Shown here: positions 25,975 to 37,580 of the stretch, in pieces
Numbering within the stretch: the first letter of the stretch is position 1
How the letters are laid out: each line of letters opens with the position of its first letter
Source: Trichoplax sp. H2
Taxonomy: Eukaryota
Assembly: GCA_003344405.1 (NCBI GenBank)
Contig: NOWV01000001.1
Span: forward strand, 930,001-994,000
Direction: 5' to 3'
DNA length: 64,000 nucleotides
Position numbers and translations under genes: made by a program
Notes under the pieces: model-generated
Seen by the model: the letters and a program-made list of their open reading frames with translations, nothing else
The model's database searches: none
Told to the model about the DNA's origin: nothing

Positions 25975-28900
25975 GATGGAAAATTGGGAAGTCCTAGTAA
26001 GTGTGACGACAGTAGAGTAAACAATGTGGAGGTGTTGGCGAACGTCATTCAGAGCAATCTCGTTTCGATCACATTTTTACCGTCTAGCTATACCAGCGTT
26101 ATTACTTGTTTTGCACAGTACTACAACCTAATTCTATTAGCTATCACATACAATATATCATGATAACGCCTTATTACTTGATAGATATCGACGACAAACG
26201 GTAACTAATAAGCCAGTGAAAAATGCGTGTAATAATGAAAGATGACAAATCATCGAAGGCGAGAAGTATTTTTACCTTATCTGTAAAAGTCATAGACGCT
26301 TGAGTACAGCCAACCATTATATTTAATTGAAAGTTCATGCCGTATAAATTTTCTTAGAAGTTACATTGGTTCTCGCCTATTATTTATCGGCTATAGATAT
26401 GCAATGAAATTTGTCGGTAAAAATAGGAGTTTTCCTAGCATGTATAGGAGTCTGGTGCAAAGGGATATCGATTTAATCTGTGTCATTCTTTCAGTAAAAG
26501 AATGCAATCAAAAATGTGCTAGCTCTTATCGGATAAACTGTGTCATGATAGACAGTCTTTTATTAAATATAGTTACGCTATAGAAATGAATACGGGAATA
26601 AATATAATCATAGAATATTGCAGAAATAAAATATGAAATGGAAGACAAATTGTAATATTTGATTATTGAGATAATACTGTATGGTCTGTTGCGTATTTTG
26701 ATGCTATTATATTCCTTTGACAGATTTCCAATTTCATGCTTGAGGGTTATTTTTAATCTCAGTAAAGTCGTGATTGACAAAGAAGTTATTTTAAAGATTT
26801 ATCTTTATTCAGTTCATAAATTGGTTTAATAAATTTGGAAAATTCGAAATATTATCAGGAGTGGTATACAGCTTAACCAATGGATGTTTCTGATAAAAAT
26901 CAGGGAATATCCAAATTATACAATATCTTGATACATTTTCTTAAATTCAGGTAATCATAATTATATAGGTACGAGCAATATCACTGCTAAAGAGCAGAAA
27001 ACTAATAATAATAAATATTTGGAATCGGTGACACTTTGCATAGCTGTAGTTATTGTTACGATTTTACCTTCGATATTATTCTTGACAATCCGAGTGCTTT
27101 AAATAAATAGAAAAATACTTTTAAGAATTAAACTATTTCAAGGCGGTTATCCTGATTTATAGTACAAGCGATCTTAATATACTATTGGTGTTTATTTAAC
27201 AAAAACAGGTATTCGTATTACATTAATATCATTTTTTAGTAATAAGAATATTTAATATTTCTATACTAGGGCGGATAATGTTGATTGTTGATTTAATTTT
27301 CCATTTTATTACCATACCATGCCCTATAACATACTGCTAGCGCATAATTTTCCACAACTTCATATCATATTCTCAATTCTGATGTATTATATACCAAAAA
27401 TATTGGTAACATGCAAGACATTCAAAACATGCGCGGTACGTAAATTTTCTTTCAATGATCTCACAGCGAATCACACAAAATTCCACGTATTTATCGTCAA
27501 CTTAGTAGGACAAACAACTGAGTAAGTAAATGTCATGATTCATGTGTGATATCGGAATAATTAAATCAATAAATATGAGATGTCATGAATGAAATTTTTC
27601 TTGGCTAAATCATGATTCGTCGAGTATCGCAGCAATAAATAATTATCCGCATGACTTAAGTTAGGTATTTGGTGCCGTTTTCATAAGTCTATACGATAGT
27701 GATTATGATTTGAGTACCATACATAGGTAAAACTTCAATAGGGAGCAGTTAATAGTGGCCAGAAAGAATGTTGAAATATTCCCTATGTTGAAGCTCATTT
27801 AAGTTGCTTATTTTCGAAGGCCAGCTTCTTGTATCCAAAATAATTATTCATTGATGATGCTTTACAATTTAATGATATAGGTATATAATAGTTATAACTC
27901 GTCCTAGCTGAGCTACTATTTTATTTCTCTATTATGCTCTTACGATCATTATATAGATATACAAGAATATAAAAGTATTTTTTAGAAAGAGTTCAATAAG
28001 TTGGGACTAGCAAAATTCTAATTTGAAATATTGCACTACAAGATGATAGAATAACTGCTATAGCTAATTACATGATGATGGAGCAAAGCAGAAGAATAAT
28101 TGTCATCGTGAATCCCTTAAAAAGAGTTCCTTTGATTTAGCTACAATAATTATAACTTACTGATCGCCTATCAATTCACTGATGATCTGTATTTCAAATG
28201 ATCTTTATTCTTGCTGTGTTGTTGTCGATCATTATATTAATTTAAATTATTGATTACTGGTATGTGTCTGATTAAAATTTTTGTTGTTAAGCAATTGTCA
28301 TAATGTATTTATCAATGTCCGGTTACAGAGGAAAAAACGAGTAAATTAGCATAGATTTGTTTTGTAATTTTACACCAAGATTCTTATGCTGACTAATTTA
28401 GCTATTGAACCACGATTAAACAATTTCGTTTATTCTGTAGTTTCGAGAAATGAAATATAACATGATAATTTCATGTAGACAAATAATAATAATCGAACAC
28501 GAGTGTCATGTGTGTAAAGCATTAAATTATTCAGTTATTTTATAATATCCAAATTTAAATAATTCAATTTAGTTTATAATAGAAGGAATTTAACGGAGTT
28601 CTGTGTTAGACAAAATAGTCATCTCGTAATAACGTTATATTATACTGACAAACAAGGCTCTTTATTTTCTCTCTTGCTACTCATAGTTTTTCGGCCAAAG
28701 GTCATCTTGGTGCCAATTATGATCTAGTATAGGCACATTTATAGTTAGCTAGTTAGCTGTAGCAATGGTAATAGTGTAAATAGGTACACCAATATCTTTT
28801 ATAGGTAAAGTTAGCAATTTCCATTTCTCTAAAATTGATTAATAGTAAATGGATTGCACGAATTAGTGGGGTGATAATTTTCATTGTGTAGTATAATTCC

Positions 28901-30267
28901 GTAACATTTTCGATTTAATTACCTTAATTTATAATTCAATGGTATGTCACGATAATTATAACCGATTATAGTTTCTAGAAATAATTTTCTTCTATATTGA
29001 CGATAGATATTGTTGAAATATTTTAAAAAATACCAAGTACAAGTTTTCGATTTATAATCTGATTTTATAGCTCTTCCGAAGTCAGTTACATCAATTGAAA
29101 TTTAATATTATTGTGTTTATTTTGATACAATAATTGAAATCGTTTTATTTTGCTGTAGAATTGAATTGAAGTATTGTTCAAATGTCGAAAGTTAAATTTT
29201 AGTTTTCGATAGATTTTTACATTCGAATTTTAAAATTAGTCTCTTCTCGATTTCATAACATCTATTATGTATGACTCTTGAAGCAATTTGTGTATCCTGC
29301 CGATTTAAAAACATCACTCAATTTTGTCAATTATACTAAGTAATTCTATCTATGTTGAGACCTAGACCAACTTATTAGCATGAAAAGTGATGATGACTAG
29401 ACAGCGTACAGGTTCTGAAGTGTGTTTTGCTCTGTTAGGTATTTCTGTTATTTTAATATAAAAATACGTTATAGAAATAAAGTTCAATTTGTTGAAATAA
29501 GTTCTTGAATAATAAATATTGGGGTAATAATATAACAGTTAAAATTTTAAAAGAAAATAGTTGTTTTTAAAATGTTGATTTATAGAGACTACAATATAAA
29601 TAAAGACCTAATTTAATTTCTTATCAAATTTACTGTGATCTTATAAACGTAAAATTGTTTTAGCTCTATCCTTATGAGACCTGATGAACCATAGAATAAT
29701 TTTGCTAATGCAAGTTTAATGAAGATTCACTACGAGTAACGGATTAGGATACATTTCGATAGGATAGTACCTAGAGATTATTTTATTAACAAGATTGGTC
29801 GAGCTAAGCCTATCTATTAAGGCAGATTCATCTACATGATGCCTTCTGTCATTCAGCAATTTATAAGGAGTATTCAATCAACTCATGAATGATTGACTGA
29901 GTTAAGGTGTAATACTGTAAATCTTTGTTCTTGCAGGTTATACATTGGCAGAGCGAGCTGATTGTTTCGCCTATAGAATAATTTTTTCAGTAGTCAATAT
30001 GGCAAAACACTGCAGCAGTTGCAGCTTAACTGGTACAGATATCTCAAATGGCAGCAGGGTGGTGGTTGCAAACATGTTGTAATCGCATATTAAATGGTAT
30101 GTACTAGAATTCTGGAAAGAAAAATTTGCTGGATACAATTGTATTTTTAGGTCGCGATTTTATTTTTTAAATTTTTTGCTGAATTGAGGAAACCATAATT
30201 AAATAATTACATCAATATGCTTTGTATTTCATGTTAGCGAATGATGTCACTGGCAGTAGTTGTAACG
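25975..30267 (+). pseudogene. Probable decayed gene for an extracellular protein with TSP1 and EGF/laminin-EGF-like modules
   Basis: Fragments in gene order: 25975-26033 DGKLGSPSKCDDS/SKQCGG (needs a 2-bp frameshift; resembles the TSP1 pattern DGxWxxWSxWxxCSxxCGG); 26447-26520 GVWCKGIS...VKECNQKCA (TSP1 C-terminal half, interrupted); 28316-28340 C.GYRGKN; 28755-28783 SCSNGNSVN; 30005-30083 KHCSSC..NWYRY..GGGC..TCCN; 30238-30267 NDVTGSSCN. Several fragments end at GT donors. Stops and frameshifts occur throughout. Confidence 0.4.
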
Positions 30268-33133
30268 GTATTATTGCATGACATGGGCCCTTTTACGGAA
30301 AAAATCTGCAATTAAACAATTTCTATTGCCGGGACAGGGATTTTTTTTGAAACCACACAATCCAAATACTCATTAGTAACATTTAGTAATATATTTTACT
30401 TGCAGAGTTTGAAATACTATCTAATAAAAACTTAAATATGAGCCGCGTTTTGTTTCATTTCATATAGCCTGTAGAACAAATTCCTATCTGATTGCCAGTT
30501 ATTACGCTCATTCTGAAAATTTTCGTCCATTATAGTAACTAGTAGGGTTTTTCAGAATTTTTTTACGGTTTTGTTGATTACTGTTTATATGAATTCATAG
30601 CAGCTCCGAACATTTCTAATGGAAAATGATTCGTAAACTTATGCACATTTTTTACTGTCAATTCCAAAATTTATAGTCATTTTTATGAATATTTCATATA
30701 GTTTCTGGCTACAATCACATTTATATGGTATTAATTATCGATAGTTATTCACAAGTCTCAGTAACCTGTACTGTAAAATGACCTTAAATCTGCATATTAG
30801 CTGTCTATTTAGATCTTTACACGGCAATTGCATCTGCAAATGTTTTCCGTATTTTTCTACAATTATACCGATTTTCATTGATATTCATAAAGAATCCGCA
30901 ATATCGCATCATATTTCTGAATAACTATGACTCCTAATGCGGATATTTGCTGCTGCTTTTCCGGCATTTACCGCATACCTGCTTTTGTGAAGGTTTTCGA
31001 GCTTCTTCTATAGTTTTTTTTGATACAAACGAATATCACAGGTATTTCCTCGCAACTATTATTGCTAAATGATTTAAGGTTATACTTTTACTGATAATTC
31101 TGATAAGCGGAATTACTGAAATATGACCGTTTTTATTGACTATCTTACTAAGCCAAATTATGATTCTAATATCGTATGGATTTATGAAATGATTAGTAAC
31201 TTCCATAAGTAACTGATTGCACCAGTTCATAGTTTGTATAATTACAGCTACATTACGGATTCGTAAATTTTGAGAAAAAAGTATTTTATAACGTTTTTGA
31301 GGTAAAATGTATTTAAAATGCAATATCTTGGAACAGTTTGCTTTTGTTCGAATAAGGAAATTGTTGCTAATTTTCCTATATACAAGTATTCATTCATGAT
31401 ATTTATTTTTTTAGTTTCAGAAGATTTGAATTTTTAATTCGAGTACTTTTTTCTGATCATTTCATGTGTATGTATCAGAATAATCTACCCAATTAATGAC
31501 GCATTGGAATATAAATGTGGACTGAAATTGATGGAGCACGTTTACGTATTACAATATTACTAATAAAGCTTTTAGTATAGGTACTTTAAATGACTGTAAA
31601 CAGTGTTAACTACCTGGGTAACGAAAATGTATGTAAACTCTGTAGCTTAAACTACAATTTATCAATACTGTAGGTTTTCTGTTATTGTATGGACTTGTTC
31701 ATTCAGCATTCACTTTTTCCAAATTTTTTGGAGTTAATTTAAAACACTATACTATTTCTAAACTAAGGAACGATGCAATGTCGTAGTATGAGGGAATTAA
31801 TAGCAAGAAGTAAACTGTCCTATGATACTTGATAGCAATTTTGGGCTCTGATTTAGCTTGTAACGAAATTTATTTAAGAATTTAGAGAATACAGTTTTTA
31901 TTGAAATGAACTGGAGTGAGATTTAATTCATATTACGACGCTTCAAATAACACAGCAGTGATGACAGGAATTATTTCAAGTTTAGTTTTTATATTTAAAT
32001 TACAGCAATACGGATGCGTCATTGTCTAATTGCACATACAGTATGTATGCTTTTGCATTGAAAAGAAATGGCTTCAGTTTATACTCCAAATTTTATTACC
32101 CGTAAAAATACATGCTTCATTAGTACTTGGCAAGTAATTGCTATATGTACTTTACTGGTAACGAAATAAGAATACTTCGTGGATGATTTCGATTCGCCCG
32201 TTAATGGTAATTGTGATTACATAATTGTACGAAATCATAATATTATACACTGTATCAATTACCCTAAATTGCGAGCGAAATAATGCGTAATTTAAAATAA
32301 ACGGCAGTTACACTTTTCCAAATCTGAAGTCCATATTTTATAAAAATTCTACCGTATATTGATCTTCTAGTTAATAATAAATTGAAGGATAACTCAGAAT
32401 AAAACAAGATTGATACTAGCTTGTTTTAAATTTCCAGTAAGGCCGAGTAGACGGAGTAACATGTAAGTCTTTCAATCTTATTCTCTTGGACAAGCTATTG
32501 CAGGTACTCACGTTTTTAATCACACTGTGTAGGTCGCTAAAGTGCTGTGAAAACTTTATTGACTTTCAAATAGCATACAGCGACAGTTTTAAATCACCGG
32601 ATAGGACGTAAGATTGTTTTAAATTAGGCTAATGAAACATAGCATACTATAGTACTAAAAGTATAGTACATCGTAATTCGTACATTATAGAGCATTCCAC
32701 CCAAGTAAATATTGCAATTTTACGATACTGATAACAAAAAACTTGACATCAGTGCATTCGATTTTAATCATTAATAATCGTAAGTAGACATATTAGAGTT
32801 TGTTGTCAATTTGTATAGGTCATTCTTATTTATCAAAAATTGGAAATTAACATACAGCATAGAGGGATACATTTGGCATGCATACAGTAAATTTGTACAG
32901 AAATGAACAGTTGTGGTGCCATTCCATAAGATCATTTAAAAAATTATCAGATACTGCAATACTAAATATCACTCATATGAAGCTGAGCTTTTATAGTAAG
33001 AGCTACTCTTTGATTTTATTAATTAAACAATATGGTGCGATTATAGATAAATCATCCTGAGGGAACAGATCCAGTTAAGAGTACACTTTTATTAGTTGCC
33101 TGTAATATTTTTATCATAAATGCAATTGGTTTG

Positions 33134-33967
33134 TTACGAATAACTCATTTCAGCAGCCGTTGACATCGGCTTAGGTAAATACAAATAGTGTTCGAGATAG
33201 CTGGCTAATTCATCTGGCGTTGTGTCATCTTGGTAGTTTGGACTGTTTTCTGTTACATCTCCATTGCCACAATCTGTGATAATGTTCTCATTCACTTCCT
33301 TTCCTTGATTATGTTCTAACCAGGCTTTAGCCATATTTAACATAACTGGTTTATTTTTATTGGTATTCATTTGAGACATCTTTGTAGTGTCGTTTTGATC
33401 AATTAGCGAAAGGTTGGCTACATGATGGTCTAAGTTAGGATTTCCTTGGTCAATGTCTGAATTTATACATTTGACAGATTCATCGTTGTTATAAACTGCA
33501 ACCTCTTCTCTATAATTCTTTCCGCTGTTTGCAGCAGCGGCTACATCTGATACTGCCCGGCGACTATGGTCGAAGTTGCAAGTTGAATCTGGATACACTT
33601 GATTAATATTAGTCATATTTGTGTTCATTGAATGCTTAATTTTCTGATGCGGCTGATATGGGTAACGGTATGAATGGGGAGTTGGAGTATAACGATAAGC
33701 ACATCTACAATGCATCTTACTTAAATCATAACCGGCGGATAAGTGTAATTGATCCAATCTATCAATGGTATCATCGATCAGGGGCAGTTCATCACAGTTA
33801 CAATTCCGGTAAGGATGGCAGGGTTGTATTGGATCTGGATATATTAGGTTCAATGTTAATTACATTAGTTGACTTATGATAAGATGAATACAGCTTCACT
33901 TATTTCTGAATTTAATAAAATCAGTTATAAATTAATCAATAAATTGTATACCTTGCATGCGTGCCAT
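33134..33967 (-). CDS. OSER1: Oxidative stress-responsive serine-rich protein 1-like (OSER1/C20orf111 family), ~238 aa
   Basis: The C-terminus DDTTPDELASYLEHYLYLPKPMSTAAEMSYS* fits the conserved OSER1 C-terminal motif (DxTIxELxGYxExYLYIPKKMSxMAEMMYT as I recall it). A short first coding exon 33967-33952 (MARMQ) splices in frame to 33834-33134. A probable upstream UTR exon ends at 35911 (GTAAGT donor). Confidence 0.8.
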
Positions 33968-36199
33968 TTTATCAGTAAAACGTTAGTACAAAGGTGGAGC
34001 AGCTTTTAATTCGCAACGCCAAAGCCTTAGATTCACTGCAATGTAAAAATTGAATGTCAGTATCACAAGCGGAATGAAAAGTGCATCGTTAGATGTTTGT
34101 GAAAACCTGCGACCTAATGCTTAGTCTAATGAGTTTATGGTTGTTAAATTTCTGATGCTTACAAAGGTTGGATAAAAAGAAAGCTAGCAGTACTACATGA
34201 TGAGTATAGTACGAATGTTGTACCTCTCGCATTTAATTACGCTAAATGCATATTCATGTCTATTCATAGAGTAATTCAAGATTTTATACTTCAATTTCAG
34301 TAGCCAAAAACAAGCCTTTCAATGATAGGTGTTATTGAGTAACTGTGATGACATTACGACTTACTATAGGTATACATTAATTACGCTAATATTGCGATTT
34401 AATTAATAAGGTTAAGCCAAGATTTGTCGTATTCATATACTCGTATACGTTATCAATCAGTCGGGGATTGCTTTAAATCTCTTTCAATGCTGTTTTAATG
34501 GAAAATTGTGTATAATACTATCTTGCATGGTCAGTTCCGACATTTCTGAAAGAGCTGAGGTAATCGTATAATTCGTATAATTAATAGTCGTGTGTGTCAT
34601 TTTCTATTGCTACTTTAAGGTGAAGTCATTGATCAAATGCGAATCAACTTCTGAAATTGGAGAATTAAATTAACTGACAAGGTATCAACATATCGATATA
34701 TCATGACGTTGAACAGACTTACTGTATTATACAAAACAACTGTCTCAACCTGTCTTCATACGAATAAACGTATGATTCAGTTTTCTCACACAAAGTAGTA
34801 GCAAGGTATTCATTAAGGATTTCATTCAGATTGGATGATATTGAATAAATTTAGAATTCCAATCGAAGAAATATTATGAACAACTTCTTGAACTCAAATC
34901 ATGATGACTATGTAAAAGCAGATAAGATTGGAGATTTCTTTTTAGAATACAGTACAGTACTTTGTTGTCTGGCAAAATATGCTGTTGATAGAGTCCAAAA
35001 GCAAGTTTCTTGTCTATTTAATGTACATTATTTGCCTCCCGTAGATTACTATTTGGCATTAAGCAGTACTGCTATCTTTTGACCTCATGTGTACTATTCA
35101 TAATAACAACAACCAATATACTGTACTACTATAAAAAATGGGGTTGGATTATTTTATGGAGTAGGTACTGTAATGTGCAGACCACAAAAAGTTGGAGAAA
35201 GATTGATTGCTTATTACAAAATTGAAAATAATTGAAAGGATTCTTGGCCAACTATTAGTCTATCCGATGGTACCCGGATATCCAGTTATAGTTCCATAAC
35301 GAGTATCACATTATTAGCCTATAGTCCAGTTGTGTGCGTCATTTGAGTGTATTTTTTCTGCTATCATGTTTGAGTTGTCGTATTTGTTGTCTGAGTTATC
35401 AATGTCGACTGGAAGATCATTGTAATATAGTAGTCACAAAGAATCTATCCTATGCGTCAAAGTGTTTTTGAATGATACATATTACATAGCTAGCTCATGA
35501 TAAAAATAATAATGAAAATCCTTCAGCTGTTATTGCATGGAAGGCATCCACAACGTTAGACTCCAAATAAGCGCAAATGGGAGTCCATATGACAAATAGG
35601 ATACATCGATGAGTTAAGTACTGTATGTGTTTATAAGCAATTTCCAGAAAGATATCGTGGGCGAAAAAAAAACACACTTTAGCAGGGCTTTTGTCATTCA
35701 AGATAATGATGATCATTCTGTATAGATTGAATCAATGAGGAGATGACTGTATAGGAAATGTAGGAATGATGTACATGTAGGTGAATTTGTTAAATCGAAC
35801 TAGATTGGAGAACTTTTCCAAGAGCATAAAATGTAGACATAGCTAAGAGTATTTTTAGTTTTCCTTGACGCTTTAATTGTATCGTCATGGAGTCGTTGTA
35901 GCTTACTTACCACAAACTGTTTATTCTATTTTATTACTATCTCTGATTGGATCAATTGGCGAAGACGTTCATCGGCTTTATTTCAATCAGATTATAACTA
36001 TACAACATCGGTAGGATAGAGTAGAAGGAAAGTTGGCAACGTTCTGATGTAAAATGGATAGAATTTGCCACTCTTTTTCAAGCCAAATATTGATGCTTGT
36101 CACTACGATACTGTCAAGCGTATCAACATACTACACTAGTACACAGTAGCATCGTACTATTTTGTAGGTTAACTCTGTCAGCATTGATTGCCCGACGGT

Positions 36200-37580
36200 A
36201 CTATACCCACTGTCCTATACGTAAGGATAATACAAAGGAAAGGGTACGCGAAGTGTACTGACGAACGAGGGACGGACTGGAGATAAATGGAAAGGTAAAC
36301 CCTTGATCTCTATGCTCAATGGGGCTAATGATGGCGAACATACGGCAAACCGACAGTCCATGGTATGAGCCTTCTGAGCTTTCTGGGCTATAGTAGTACA
36401 GTATCATGGTCAATGAATTAATTAGAATATATTACAATATACTGTAGAGAGGTAAAAGAAAAAAGAAAGGGCACAGTAGTATTGCGGACTTGAGGGAGAA
36501 ACAAAAGGCGAATGGCGAATGAGAAACCTTTCAATCCATTATTCCGATTTTACGAGAAGGAATGGATACAGTACTGGTACAGTACAATGTACTGTACAGT
36601 ACTTTATTACAGTACATCGTACCGTGCCACCATAGTACAGTACAGTACAGTACTGTACTGTACATACTGTATCCAAAACTTTGCCAACTACAGTACAAAT
36701 CCCTGTATTGTACTGTACACTGTACTGTACAGTACGGTAGGTTCTCGGCTACAGTACGTACTGTACAGTGTACTGTATTGCGATTTGCTTTTCGGAAATG
36801 ATGGAAGGTTTCAGGCCGAACCAGACCGTTATTGGTGAGATTTTACGAGAAGGAATTGTTATAGTACTGTACAGTACGTACAGTACAATGTACAATACTG
36901 TACAGTCGAGATTTTTTGGTACTGTACAGTACTGTCATGTACTGTACATGTACTGTACTGTACAATACAGTACAGTATCCTTTAGTACAGTACAATACTT
37001 TATCACAGTACATTGTACTGTGACACCATAGTATTGTACTGTACTGTAGCGGTGTGTCAAAACTTTGCCAACTACAGTATAGTACAGTACTGTACAGTAT
37101 AGTACTGTACTGTACAGTACAGTACAAGTGACTGCATTGTACCGTACACTGTACATACACTGTACACTGTAGGTTCTCGGCTACAGTACAGTACTGTACA
37201 TACTGTACAGTGTACTGTATGTCGGTTTGCTTTTCGGAAATCATGAAAGGTTTCAGACCGAAACAGACCGCTATTAAGAGTACTGTACTGTACAGTACAG
37301 TGCATTACCTCGACTGTACAGTCTACAGTGCACAGTAGAGGCACTGTAGGCCAAGAACTGCCCACAATGCTCGGTGGTGAAGCCACAAGATATGAGACTA
37401 CACTAGCTCGATGTACCAGTGTAATGTACAGTATAGCAACCGCGAACATAGAGTACTGTACTGCACTCCGACATACAGTATCTCTACGTGTCTACTACGC
37501 TTCAGCACGCGCACCTCACAGTAGACACTCGTATAAAAGAAAGCAAAGTTTTGGACACCAAGCAAACGTTTACTGAATCA
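36200..37580. promoter_or_regulatory. Probable bidirectional promoter region of OSER1-like (-) and RCC1 (+)
   Basis: Head-to-head gene orientation, with locally higher GC/CpG content at both flanks of the array. Transcription starts are not determinable from sequence alone. Confidence 0.55.
36523..37320. repeat. ACAGT/ACTGT pentamer array organised as a two-copy tandem unit with an imperfect terminal inverted repeat, in the OSER1-RCC1 divergent interval
   Basis: Dense TACAG/CTGTA runs. Unique islands are repeated in the same order: TTTTACGAGAAGGAAT (36548, 36841), CAAAACTTTGCCAACTACAGTA (36674, 37058), GTAGGTTCTCGGCTACAGTAC (36737, 37169) and TTTGCTTTTCGGAAAT.ATG.AAGGTTTCAG.CCGAA.CAGACCG (36784, 37226). 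Confidence 0.92.

Noticed and set aside
36512-37449. Multiple overlapping ORFs rich in Y/S/T/V/L/C/Q
   Set aside because: They are translations of the ACAGT pentamer array, which is poor in stop codons. They are not credible proteins.
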